From assembly GCA_013239625.1 (NCBI GenBank), contig MU054187.1:23684795-23748794 (forward strand): a stretch of DNA of 64,000 nt, in the 5' to 3' direction. The position numbers and the translations under genes were made by a program. The DNA is from Lama guanicoe. Lineage: Eukaryota. A model generated the notes under the pieces. That model was not told the origin of the DNA. It saw only the letters and a list, made by a program, of their open reading frames with translations, and made no database searches. Of this stretch, positions 52,260-64,000 are shown one piece after another (the stretch's first letter is position 1; every line of letters begins with the position of its first letter).

Positions 52260-52472
52260 TCGGGAATTCGAGATTTGCAACTATTAACTACTATATATAA
52301 AATAGATTGAAAACTTTTCTTCCATATAGCACAGGGAACTATATTCAGTATTAGAAACCTATAATGAAAAAGAATATGAAAACAATCATGTATATGTACA
52401 TGTATGACTGAAACATTATGCTGTACACGAGAAATTCACACATTGTAACTGACTATGCTTCAATTTTAAAAA
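52260..52472 (+). mobile_element. L1 3' UTR fragment (same family as 12515-13470)
   Basis: 'gggaattcgagatttgca...tatagcacagggaactatattca...ttatgctgtacacgagaaatt' colinear with ~13243-13440. Confidence 0.85.
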
Positions 52473-52533
52473 GTCGTTGAATTTTTAATCAAAATATGAA
52501 TTATGTTTAGTGATAATTTCACATTACTGTTAC

Positions 52534-53028
52534 TGTTAGGAGATAATTGTTTGTGGATCTTGTGTATGTCTGCATGTCTCATGAGTGAGTCACTAATCGC
52601 CCTTTGTTTTGGACTGTCTTTTCAAAGATGTTTGCATAACAATTAGACTTAGAAGGTATAGTGTATTTGAAACAAAGAGTAGGCTTCCTTGCTTCTCAAC
52701 ATAATAAGACTGATTCCTACAGGAACACAGGTCAGATATGCTTACTTCCTATCTTAAAATATTCAAGTTCTTGAAAACCACTAGGTTTGCAAGGGTCATC
52801 TGGCCCCCTTCATGTCTCCCTGGGAGAATTAGGATTCATCTGATACATGCAACATTTTGGATACTCTTGATACTACTACTGTCATGAGAAATAAAGTCTT
52901 TTGTCTTCAACTCAGGAGATTCCTTGTCTTCTCTCAGGATCCACAAAACTCTGTCTCTGTTTTGAGGGAGTCTAACTTATTACCTCGCAAGTTAGGTAAA
53001 AATCTCAGACTCTCCACAGTTCTTGAAA
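52534..53028 (+). mobile_element. ERVL LTR (LTR40-like), 5' LTR
   Basis: Starts tgttaggagataatt, has aataaagtcttttgtc, ends ggtaaaaatctcagactctccacagttcttga, as in recalled LTR40. Confidence 0.75.
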
Positions 53029-55130
53029 GATGTTTTGACAATGAAGAGTGAATGCTGATAGAGAAAAGGATTTCTGGAAGAGGGAGAATGAGAGCCATGC
53101 TGGCTAATAGGATTTATGGGAAATCCATGGAAATTGGTAATGAATCTGTTGATCAAATTGTATGGTCAACTGGGAAAATTAATGGTCCTCAACTTTATTG
53201 CCTGTTAATGAAAAAAATTGGGAAATGGTTGCAGCTATCTGAACAGGGTGTGAGAATTGTTTATTCTCCCCTGGGTGGGGGCAGGGGTGAAGGGAGGGAA
53301 AGGATGGATGGAAGGAAGAGTTTCTTGTCACTACAGTGAGCAGCCTCAGGTCCACCCATTGTGATAACTTGTGCTAAGATTCATCCTAGAAGTTCAGAAG
53401 GGGTTCTGCTTCCTCTCAGACAACAGTTACTGAAATGGGCACCTACATTAGCCTGGAAGGAGGGGAATCCACAAGAGGCATAGGCGGAAACCAGGTGAAT
53501 CTTACAAAATTTGGCAACTTCATTTCAGAAAGGAAGGGAAGGGCGTGCAATGCTCTTTGAGGAACAATGGAAATGACTGGACTGTCTCATAGCTCAGCCC
53601 CTCTTGCAGGCTATTATGACTGTCTTAGATCCATTTGAAGATGAGAGTATGAGATCTGAGGGGGTTTACTTTGTTTTGTATTTTGTAATGGGTCCTGAAT
53701 GCTATAAGAGATTTAATTCTCTGGGGAAGAATTCCCTGAGTTAGGGGAAACTCTTATGGGAAACCATAGATTAGGCATTGACTAAAGTTGAGACTCTTGT
53801 TGATCCAGACCATTTACATGCTGACAAAGGTGACCACTGAAGAATGAGAAGTGACCCACAAAGCTTAAATTCTTGTGAAACAAAGATAAATTCTTGCAGT
53901 CAAGTGCAGCACATCTTGAAACCAAAAGAAAATGCACTTTGCTTACCGATGTGTAGAACTTCGATCCCCTTATCCACACTGAACCCTAATCTTCTATGCC
54001 AACTTCAGCTGCTTTAAAGAAAAAGCTTCTTAAGAGTGGGATGCAGTTCTCCAAGGAAAACCAAAGACTGTGCTCCAAGTATGTTGGGGCATTTGGGGGA
54101 AGGGAGAATTACAAAATGTTCCATTGGATAGAGTCCACCCAAGTCACCATCACACCTGGTCCCATGGAAGGGTTACCCAAGTTTAATGTCTAGGTCTCAG
54201 GCAGTGTTCATGATGGAGGAAGAAAAACTAAGTGATCTTGTTGGTAGGATCCACTGAGCCAATTCAATGTGCTGTTCTTGTAGCTTCTCCTAGTGAATGT
54301 ATCATTAATTGTATTGATGTTATACGTGATGGCAACATGAATGCTCATACGTGCTAGAGGAAACCCCATAATTGGGAAAAGTCTCTTGTACCAATAAGCA
54401 ATGCTAGTACACACAGCCCTAATAACCCATTTGAGCTACAAGGGCATCGCATGGAGGATTTTGCCTTTGGAGCCTCTGACAAGGAAAGGCAGCCTTCACA
54501 CCACGGCATCTCTTGGGGCTTTACGGGCATGTCCTCCCTGACATGGTGACCAGCTGGACTCCTTTGTAAAGCAGCTCTTGGCTTCTCACTAGAGCTCCTG
54601 TTGAAACTGAATTCCTGAGCCATAGTGGTGTGTGACTGTACACCTGGATAGTCCCATTTTGAAGCAGGTCAGCTCCCAGACTAGGTGGGAAGAGCCAATG
54701 GACTTCCCTTGTTAAAGGGAGGTTGTATATCCCAGAATGCAACAGGTAGGCCCCAGCAGAACTGCAGCTTTAGATGAAAAAATGGCAGCTATCATTCTGT
54801 GAGGGAGTTTACCCCCCACTCTGCCTCTGAAAGCAAAACTGGCCTGATGGGGGCCTTGCATCACAGAGACCCCCCTGAGTTCCTGGGCCTGGGTCACTAA
54901 CATTTTGAGCAAGATAAATCTTGATGGTATCCTGAACTGAACTATTGGCTAAAATTGATGATGTTGCCTGAACTATTCAGCCACAGCACCAACTATGCTG
55001 AACGGAAAAGCAACAGGTGGTCTCTCAGTGGGCATAGCTCTGGCCAATACTCTGCTCGATGAATCTGGTCAGTTTTACTGGCTCTTGGGCTTTTGCCAAC
55101 GGCCTAGAATATTGTCCTCACACAAAAATG
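53029..55130 (+). mobile_element. Degenerate ERVL internal region (gag/pro/pol remnants)
   Basis: Protease-like QVTITPG ~54140-54160; KQLLA and VETE ~54569-54611; RNase H-like FTGSWAFANGL 55074-55106; many stops and frameshifts. Confidence 0.75.
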
Positions 55131-56224
55131 TTTACTGATCGAATCTACTGGATCACACTTGTAGACGTTCAAGATAAGAGCCCGTTCCCTGATGAGTCCG
55201 ACAAAAATCCAGCTGTTACATGAGACTGACTGCATTGCTGCCTAAATCCACTGTTGTACTGGACCCAGCAATGCATCTTCCATTGTAGTGTGAGGACAAC
55301 TTGGAGGCCTCTGTGTTTCTAAAGTTGGGCTTTTTTATCAATAAATAAGAGAAACCATGAACATGAATTCTGAGTAATAGGATAGAATTTTCTTTAGGAC
55401 TTAGAGACAGTGAATTTTTCTCCTGTCGAAAGCAAGGAAGTACATAAAGTCCTGGTGTTATACTGGTGAAAGTCATTTTGCAGAGATTTTGCAGATTATA
55501 GAAGATGCAATTTGACTCCTTGCTCTGCCATTTTCTGTCCATATTTCCTCAAGCAAATCAAAAGCTCTTAGAGATTTCAGTTATTTTTTAAAAGGCCGGA
55601 AATGGAGTAGTTTTAAAATATCAAAGACAAAACACCTGTGAAAGTGGTTTCTAACTGCGAAGCACTCTACCAATATTAGTTGTTTTTCTACTATTTCTGT
55701 ACATTTATGCTGTAGAAATAGAAACCAAGCAACACAGATATAGGTCACAGTCTATACATTAAAGTTAAATAAAAATTACAGAGAATAGACCATGATTTGG
55801 CTATATAACCAATGCACTTGACTAAGCAGAGAGTGGGAACCTGGCGGAAGGACACAACAGCTTTGGGAGAAGAGCAATTAAAGAGAATGAGAAAGGGAAC
55901 CAGAAGGATAAAGATCTGTACTTTACAGCAAGACCACACAGTCATCTAAATATTACACTATTTATATTTGAGGTTATTTTTATGCTAGCATTTAACATTT
56001 AATAAAAGGCATGTAGTTTATTAAATAATGTGGATCGAAATACTTCAACTATATATTGTTATGTCAAAAAAAAAAACTTCTTTAAATATTAGTTAAGAAA
56101 ATGACCTGAACGTTTTCAGTTTTGTGATCATCATCCCAATATCCACACTAGGAAGACCAAGTAAGGAATATTTGCATATTTCATTGCAATTTACTTAGCC
56201 TGGTATCTTTCTTTCTTCCTTTTT

Positions 56225-56583
56225 TTCTTTTAAACATTTTTTTATTGAGTAATAGTCTTTTTACAATGTTGTGTCAAATTCCAGTGTAGAGCACAACTTT
56301 TCAGTTGTACATGAACATACATATATTCATTGTCACATTTTTTTTTCAATGTGAGCTACCACAAGATTTTGTATATATTTCCCTGTGCTATACAGTATAA
56401 TCTTGTTTATCTATTCTGCATTTTAAAATCCCAGTCTGTCCCTTCCCACCCCTGCCCCCTTGGCAACCGCAAGTTTGTATTCTGTGTCTATGAGTCTGTT
56501 TCTGTTTTGAATTTATATTTTGTTTTGTTTTTTTAGATTCCACATATGAGTGGTCTCATATGGTATTTCTCTTTCTCTTTCTG
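56225..56583 (-). mobile_element. L1 3' end (camelid-type), 5'-truncated
   Basis: Reverse complement is colinear with ~13083-13450. Confidence 0.9.
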
Positions 56584-56584
56584 A

Positions 56585-56770
56585 AAGACAGATTTCCTGA
56601 ATTTGAATTTCAGTACCCCTATTTTCTGAGACCATGGTCAAGTTACTTAATCTTTCATTGCCTCAATCTCCTAACCCATTAAAGGAGAGCAACAGTAATA
56701 CCTATCTCATAATGTTGGGAGGATTAAATGCAAGTATACATACAACATGCTTAGAGCAAACATGGTACAG
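56585..56770 (-). mobile_element. MIR SINE
   Basis: 'gaccatggtcaagttacttaatctttc...taatacctatctcataatgttgggaggattaaatg'. Confidence 0.75.
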
Positions 56771-57352
56771 CTTCCTGTGACACGTCTTCAGAAAGAAAAT
56801 ATTCTATAATTTCATTATTGCTACAGTATTTTTTTCAATGACACTATTTTAGTTTAAAAGAATGACATGGTGAGAACTGCCTTTTACAAAAATTAATCTA
56901 AAAAATCCAATTGAAAAATAAGAAAACATGACTAGTGTGGATTCAATTAGGAACATAAAAATAATTCAAGTGCTACCTGTTGTCCAATATCTGAAAGCTG
57001 TTTCACATATTTTGTTTAGTATTTTTTCGTCTGGCAGAGCATTTCCTGTTGCAGTTCTACTGTCATGGAAGGCAGTGGAAGACCAATATACTGTTGCTAA
57101 GTCAATCTCCTACAAAACTCTACACTCACCTTACATCCCCACTGTCATGTTCCTTTTTTAAAGTCTCTATTATTATTCACCTTAACACCTCAAGCACATC
57201 TAAGAGACAGTTCTGATGATACATCCAGCCTCATCCTTGTGTTAATCACCCCTACATTGGCATCAGGATTATCTTTTCAGTAAGAAAATCCAGAAGTTTA
57301 CTAGTCTTTTCCAGCTATTTGTCAGTGAGCTCTTTGAGGGCAAGGATGATAT

Positions 57353-57963
57353 TGTTAGAGCAGGCAGGCAGATAGATATGAACAGAGAAAGGGGGACACA
57401 GGCAAATGGCAGAAAACCATACATCTTGTGAACAGCAGGGGTCTTGATATAGACCAAGAAAAACAGGATCCTCTGGACTAATAAAAAAACATACCTTCTG
57501 GGTTGATAAGTTTCCTGGAGGCAGAAGGGTGGGACAGGACAGGAATCCCCACCGTCTGAATGTAACCTTTTGATCTATGACCTCTGTCCAAATGTAATAT
57601 TTGTTTTGATTCCCCCATTTGAATGTAAACTTTTGTTCATTATGACCTCATCCAACTTCCTGATCAAGACTAAATAAGGATGAAAAATCCCTCCTCCCTA
57701 CTTGGGAAGGTGGAGTTGAGATGAAGATCAGGAAAGACAACCCCAAACCCTTCCCCACCAATGAGTATTCTGCCCATTCAGTTTTTCACTCATATAACGA
57801 CCTTGCCAAGGAAACTTGGGGCAGCTATGCACCTGGGTCTGCCCACTCTTTCCTTGAGAGCATGCTGTCTATCCCTTAATAAATACTTGCTTTGCTCTCT
57901 TGACCTCCACGTCTTGTCTTTGAATCCTTTCTGCAATAAAACAAGAACCTCTCGACCCCAACA
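57353..57963 (+). mobile_element. Solo ERV LTR (ERV1-like), 611 bp
   Basis: TGTT...AACA inverted ends, near-TSD atat/gtat, internal aatgtaa repeats, TATA-like catataa ~57791, AATAAA ~57878 and ~57935. Confidence 0.8.
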
Positions 57964-57980
57964 GTATCTTGACAGTTAGT

Positions 57981-58172
57981 AAGTGTGTGCTGGAAAAAAC
58001 AAAAGCAAACAATAAAACCCTAAAGCTACCTAACATTTGCCCATTACCAGGTTGTAAATACTCCCACTGTGGCCACTTTGAAGCTGCCAGTGTAATGTCA
58101 CATGTGATTTAAACATGGGAGTGGGAGCACACAGTCAGCTTTCAGGAGGCAACACGATTCAGCCTCAGCACA
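57981..58172. mobile_element. ORSL-like hAT-Tip100 element
   Basis: 'gtgtgctgg...gtaaatactcccactgtggccactttgaagctgcca...cagcaca'. Confidence 0.55.
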
Positions 58173-60489
58173 TTTTCATGCAGCAGTGCAATTCTGCTTC
58201 AGGTCCCTAGTAGATGTTTTGTTAACATTTCTTAAATGAAGTATTGCTTAATTATTTGTGCTAAAGTACGGGAACAAAAGGAAACTCGGGGCAACTAACT
58301 AAATAGTTAATGGAACCTCCAGAAACTGTCATCAACAAGATGTATACATCTAGTTAATTAGGGGAAAAAGGATCATGATAGGAATAGATATGCATTAATA
58401 ATTTGATATTTAAATACTGATCTTAGCATAGAAATTAGGTAGAACCTTGCTGAGAAGTCTGAAAAACAAAAGTGAATTGAATCACTTTATGATAACTTGT
58501 TTGCATTGTCAGTGAGTGTTGTGGGGCAGTAGGGAAGATTTGTAAAATAAATTGAATGAGATCAAATATGTAAAAATTGTACTTTCCTAGATATCATGAT
58601 TTTAATAACAAGAAGATATTCAAATCACACAATATTAGGTCTGAGGACAATAAACTCTTACAGTAAACATATCATACAACACATAATAAAGAAGAAATGT
58701 TAGGAAATCATCTGCATTAAGAATTTAAGATAAGAAAGGCTAGAATATTGTGTTTGAAAGCTTGAATCACAGGATAGTGAGTAGACATATGCATTGGAAA
58801 TTATCCCCATCCACAAACCTTTAGAAATCTGATTCCCCACCTATATGACTCCATTTCACCTCACTCACTCACTGTCAAAGTGTGCTAATTAAAAGACTCT
58901 CTCTTTAGGTGTGCTGAGACATAGAATCTCTGAGAAGTATGCACATTTTATGACATGCCATACTGTGTTGTTGTCTCTTTTATCTCCACATATAGAAGTT
59001 GCTCATGAGTAGGCAAGTATCCTACTCAAGCTTCCAATAAAAGCTAGACAGGAAGTACTTCTGAGATGGAGCCAGGGGAACTGGGATTAGGGGACGTCAT
59101 CTGCGGGGTGGGGTGGGGTGGGAGACAATAGTTAGGGACCTAATCCAATATCTAGTAGGCTGATCTTGTCCACATGACCTAAAAGGACGAATATAACTAC
59201 TATAAGTTCAAATAAAGTCCTAAAAACATTCTTTGCCTCTTCTTAGTACTTCCTCTTAGTTTTCTTTTGATGAAAACTGTGTTTAGGAAAGTAGGTATAT
59301 ATTTATGCTTACTTTTTATAATAGTACAGAACTGAGGAAATGTTAGGGGAAAATAAGTAATATCTGCCCCATAATATTAATCATTGCTAATATAATTTTA
59401 AAATATGAATGTTCTGTCTTTCAAACTAGTTCCCAGAAGGCAGCCATTAACAGTTCCATTGGGTATAAAGCCAGCACTGGTTACAAACACTTGCTCACCA
59501 TGCCACTGAACCCTTTGTAAAGGTGAGTTGGTATTCTGTGCTAAATCTTTACAATTTAAGGTGAAACAATTTGTTGTCATACAATTGCTTTTGAAAACCA
59601 AATCTCATGGCATCTCTTTTACCATTACAATGTCTTAGAAAATGCTATTTCAAATGATGTTTCATATTCTCCGTAGGAGGGAACAGCCTAGATCTGGTCC
59701 CTGAATCTGAAGATTGTGAGCAATCTCCATAAGAATGATTAAATTCGGAGTTGCCTCACCACAAAGACCTGTTCAGACAACATTTCTTATTTCTATTCAC
59801 GATTATTTTCTCTTAGTCTTTTGGAGAGTGACCAGTTAGTAAATAATCCATATTATTGGACACTACATAATCAACACATTTATCACTTAGCTCTCCTGAT
59901 TGCTTTCTCACCTAAGAGAAATAAAAGAAATACATTGAATATATTATTTTATTTGAAGCACTATGGGAAAAATTACCTAGCATCCTAGAAAGGACACTAA
60001 GGAAGAATTTGGTGAACAGTTTTCTTAGGGTCAAACAAAATAAAAATTCTGGGATATCAGTAGCACACAATCAGATGGGAGGATAAATGTATGCTGGCAA
60101 AGAGGGAAGGAGGATATTTTTATTTACAGGTAATTAACTTACTAAATTACTTCAGCATTAATATATTTTGTTTTAAAAGAATAGGGTTGGCCGAAGTACA
60201 GCTCCTCTCTGATACATGATAGACAGAGTCAGCAAAGTCTGAAAATGAAGTTTCACAGGAGGCTGATAGGACCAGGACTAGGGCCAGATATGTGCCTCTT
60301 TCTCATTTATTCATTGTCTTTTTTTAATAAACAGACACGTATCCTCAATCCAATTTTCCTACTTTCCCACAATTAATATTTTTCACTCTTCTAGTTTTGT
60401 CAGATTTGTATGTTTAACTCTGTCTTCACATTTCTCAAAATTTGGTCCTCCTGTCTCCTACCTAAGTCAAATGCTTATTCAAAACACAA

Positions 60490-60603
60490 ATTCCAAACCC
60501 CATCAGAGAACACTGAAATTGCTGGGAAAGGGTCCAAATATTTGCTTTTCTAAAAAGTACCTACTGTGATTCTTATGTACATCTGAGCTTTAGAATCACT
60601 GCT
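60490..60603. mobile_element. MER5-like fragment
   Basis: 'gtgattcttatgtacatctgagctttagaatcactg'. Confidence 0.55.
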
Positions 60604-61401
60604 ACTGGTCTTTGGATAAGGCAGCCCGACCATTAACACGAGTAGCCATATTCTCCACAATATGAGTTAGCATTGACCTTGGCAAAAACCATAATAACAA
60701 CAAGGAAGGAGGAAAAAATAAACAGAGAGAGAGAGAGGATGAATTAGAATTAGCTCAAGTGAATTGCTGTACAGTCTGGCAGACCTCTGGGTCCCCAAAT
60801 GTTAAAGATCACCCCTCATCTCCTTTGACTCTCAATAAAGTATGAAGCAAGAAAAACAGGTTATGACACACATTTTTTTCCTTAAATGTGATCAAGACAT
60901 TTTAAAAATTTAACAGAAATTGTGTTTAGTGTAAATGCTATGATTTGTGTGAAATTTTCCAAAGTTCACTGAATTTTTTTATATTTATGAATGATAATTG
61001 AAACAGATTGGAAAGCAGATTGTGTCCTTTGAGGCACAGAAATTACCTGAAAGGAGAGACCTATAAAATGGGAAGAAGAAAAGAAAGAAGGACAGAAGAA
61101 GGAAGAGAAGAAAAAATAAAATGGGAAAATTTCGCACTCATCAAACAAAATGTCTTTCTTTCAAATGTTATCTCATTCGTTTTTTCCTTATAGTCCATGG
61201 GCCCTCCTTTCACTGAATTCCATTGTTTCAGTCCTGAAAGAAAAGTTTCTCAAACTACATAGTATTTTGGAACATTAAATGAAATGATGCATTTCAGTAA
61301 CTACTCAATTATAAACTGAGAAACAAATAAGCCCGCATTTACCAAAAAACACAATCTGCGTAATTTGGACAAAAAGACAAATATAAAAACATATTTATTT
61401 T

Positions 61402-61889
61402 TGCCAAAGAAAAATTTTGTCAGACAAAGTTAAACGGGCAAGCAATACTTTATTCAAGACTATTGCAACAGGAGACAGAGAGAGAGGTTAAATTCAACTC
61501 TGTCGAAATAAAAGGAGAGTATTTAGTGCTGAGATGAGCTAGTGAAAAATCACTGGAGGACATTAGGGGAGAAAAGTCCTCAGTGTGGTTAGGCCATCAG
61601 TGATTGCTGGGTGACAATTCAGAGAGGCTAGGAGAGATGGAGTCACTCTTCTCTTAGTGATTACATTTCAAAGGGATGGCTCATGGGACTTTGAGAAAGA
61701 TATTCTTTGGTTGTGCAACTGACTGGAGGCTGAAAAAGACTAACTCTCAAAGGATCTGGGGACAAAATTTATAATTCCAAGTTTTCTAACGTAAATGTTC
61801 TAAGACAAGAGAAGTCAGGGGTCTATATTCAGTAAGATACCTGCTAAAATTCTGTCACTCTGAGGAGAGGGTTAAGGCCGGCTTAGTCA
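61402..61889 (-). mobile_element. Solo ERV1 LTR (MER31-like)
   Basis: TG...CA ends; minus strand starts tgactaagccggccttaa; polyA signal seen as tttatt ~61449. Confidence 0.7.
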
Positions 61890-62968
61890 GCTCCCTTTCA
61901 GCTTTCAGATGATGGGGAACGTTCATACGTATCAATTCATGTGCTGTAATTCTTTATTAGAACTTAAGTTACATTAACCCAAACTTTATTTCACCTAAAT
62001 CTTATGGACATTGTCTAATTGCTTAATTCTAAGGCTGATCTAATTGCCATATTTAATTATAGATTGTTTTGAACTTTATCTGTTCTGTTGAGAACGCATA
62101 TTCCCTTCTTGTTTGTTGATTTAATCAGAAATGGACTCTTTAAAGAAGAGTTTAGTTTATGACTTTGAATTAAAAATAGCATTTGGCAAGCAATCCCCCT
62201 CATAGAGTCTCTCCTGGTATCTCATGGAAATTCTAAGACTCTGGGGAGAAAACATAAAATCTCACAACTCCATCTAAGGAGAGGGAAAGATAATCTACTT
62301 ACTGACAGAATCTGGCAGGAATTGGAGAAACCAGTGTTCTTACCTTGTGTCGCTTCACTGACACACAGCAGCCGAGAGAGGATTAAAATTTACTTGACCC
62401 TACCCCCACTTGCTGTCCCCCAGCCCAAAAGTGCAGGATCTGCAAAAACAAAAAAATCAATATTACTTTCTCCTGGGGTAGTACTGCTTTTTGAGATAGT
62501 GAGAAAATTGCTTCCTTATTCGACTCCATCACATCACACACAGTCATTTGGATCTTCAAAGTTCAAAATGCCACTGGGTAAGATCCAAGGAGAATGGGCT
62601 GACAGCACTTTGTATTTTGGGTCCTGTGGCTCCACAAGTAAAGTATTATCAAAAACCCTGCAGAGTGAAGATAATTTGGTAGCAGTGCACGAGCCCCTAA
62701 ATCGATCGGATGACAATAATACAGCTTGGGATGGAAACTGTGCATAGTAAGCTTTTAACAAATCCTTCAATTCTCAGCATCAGCCGTATATTCAAGTTTG
62801 GCCCTGATAATCTCAAGCAGAGTCATCTCTTACCCACAAGGATTGGTCGCTGGCATTTTGTACAAATGAAGTTAATGGTAAAGCTACAACTCCTGAGAAG
62901 ATGCAGTGCATTAAAGGGACAACGTGGAGCTTTACCTTAGTGAATACCGTGATTCTGGAAAACAGATA

Positions 62969-63564
62969 TGGTTAAATAAATCTTCCCCCACTCCCAACCC
63001 TTTGTGTTTCAGAGCACCTTGTAGCATGGAACCACCTGAAATAAGGCTCAAGAATGCCCCTCTTCTTTACCTATGACAAGTCAGACACAGACTCCCCATA
63101 TTTCATTCTTTATTTATAAAAGATGAACAGAACTGCCTGTCCCTGATCAGTGGGGAAAAAATGCTTGTTACCAAATATTGGCTAAGCTTCTTCACTCCTC
63201 CCAGGACCCTGGACTCTGACTAATCCTTGACATGAGCCAGCGTTGCAGTGCTTCCCTGAGGCCTCTCTGAGCATAGGCTGGTATCAGGAGAAAGCAGTCT
63301 CTGATCTGCTCCAGTGATGCCACCCTTTCATCCCACCTCCCCTTACCTGGCCCTCTCCAGTCTTGTTTACTCCTCCCTATAAAATAAAAACTCTTTTGCT
63401 TAAGCCTTGAGAACCTTGAAGAGCCCATGGTAGCAGTGTTCTCTCCCTGTGGCAATAGTAATCTCCTACTTGCCACCGTCCAATTCCTGTTCTCTTGAAA
63501 TGAGCATTAAAATTAAAGTCTCTCCTATTTAAAAAAATATGTTTGGACTTGTAGTTTATTTGAC
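62969..63564 (+). mobile_element. Solo ERV1 LTR (MER67-like)
   Basis: 'cccccactcccaaccctttgtg' start, 'ccctataaaa' TATA ~63376, 'attaaagtctctcct', ends 'tttatttgaca'. Confidence 0.6.
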
Positions 63565-64000
63565 AGAGGATTCTTCTAAATTTCATTCATCTTTTTATCT
63601 CAGTGTTTTCTATTGAAAACTATATTTCTTTCAGAAGCATATGCTTTTCTTTCTAATGCACATCACCGTAGTTGGTCTAGCATTAATAACCCTTCATACA
63701 TCTTTCCGATGTTGGTTCCTTTAGGAAAATTTCCCTGATCTCCTAAGCCCTAGACTCCCATGGGTCATCATGTTCTCAATTTTTCTAATTGTTTTATTTT
63801 CACATCAAATTGTAGGCTCTTTGAGGGACTTTTGTCTTATGCTCCCAACACCTACTCTAGAGAAAGGAGAAAGGCATATAGTAGATGATGTTCAACAGAT
63901 GTTTGTCGGATTCATAATTTTGTTAAACATCAGAAGGCAATTTGCCTGGGTTATGCCTTCTTTATATGCTAATTATTAATTTTATAAGATGGGGAGTAGT

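Noticed and set aside
62322..62747. 141-aa ORF between two LTRs, considered as retroviral internal sequence
   Set aside because: The flanking LTRs are different families in opposite orientation, so not one provirus; no gag/pol/env motif seen.
1..64000. CRISPR arrays, operons, rRNA/tRNA genes or prokaryotic defence systems
   Set aside because: Sequence is mammalian and repeat-rich; no repeat-spacer array, RNA gene or dense ORF organisation seen.

Overview
Mammalian genomic DNA, not microbial. It carries MIR, L2, L1, hAT/Tigger MER and ERV repeats. I see no Alu, B1, Bov-tA or PRE1 SINEs, and the young L1 3' UTRs resemble the camelid type as I recall it, so the species is an inference. A CpG island at ~35.45-37.7 kb, with GCC/CTC repeats and a (CA/CG)n tract, looks like the promoter and non-coding first exon of a minus-strand gene that I cannot name. 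The left 35 kb behaves like that gene's long first intron: A-rich on +, repeat-poor near the island, with enhancer-like motif clusters. The right 26 kb is LTR/ERV-rich intergenic DNA. No host protein-coding exon is supportable; the protein-like ORFs are L1, CR1 and ERVL remnants or GC-rich artefacts. Best leads: (1) a consensus recursive-splice (AG|GTAAGT) motif at 12180 on the minus strand, (2) an ATG-initiated poly-Gly/Arg uORF across the GGC repeats, (3) opposed strong splice donors in the island suggesting sense/antisense overlap, and (4) several local duplications and a tiny, very young L1 insertion. I found no convincing novel multi-gene system. Repeat family names come from recalled consensus sequences and boundaries are approximate.
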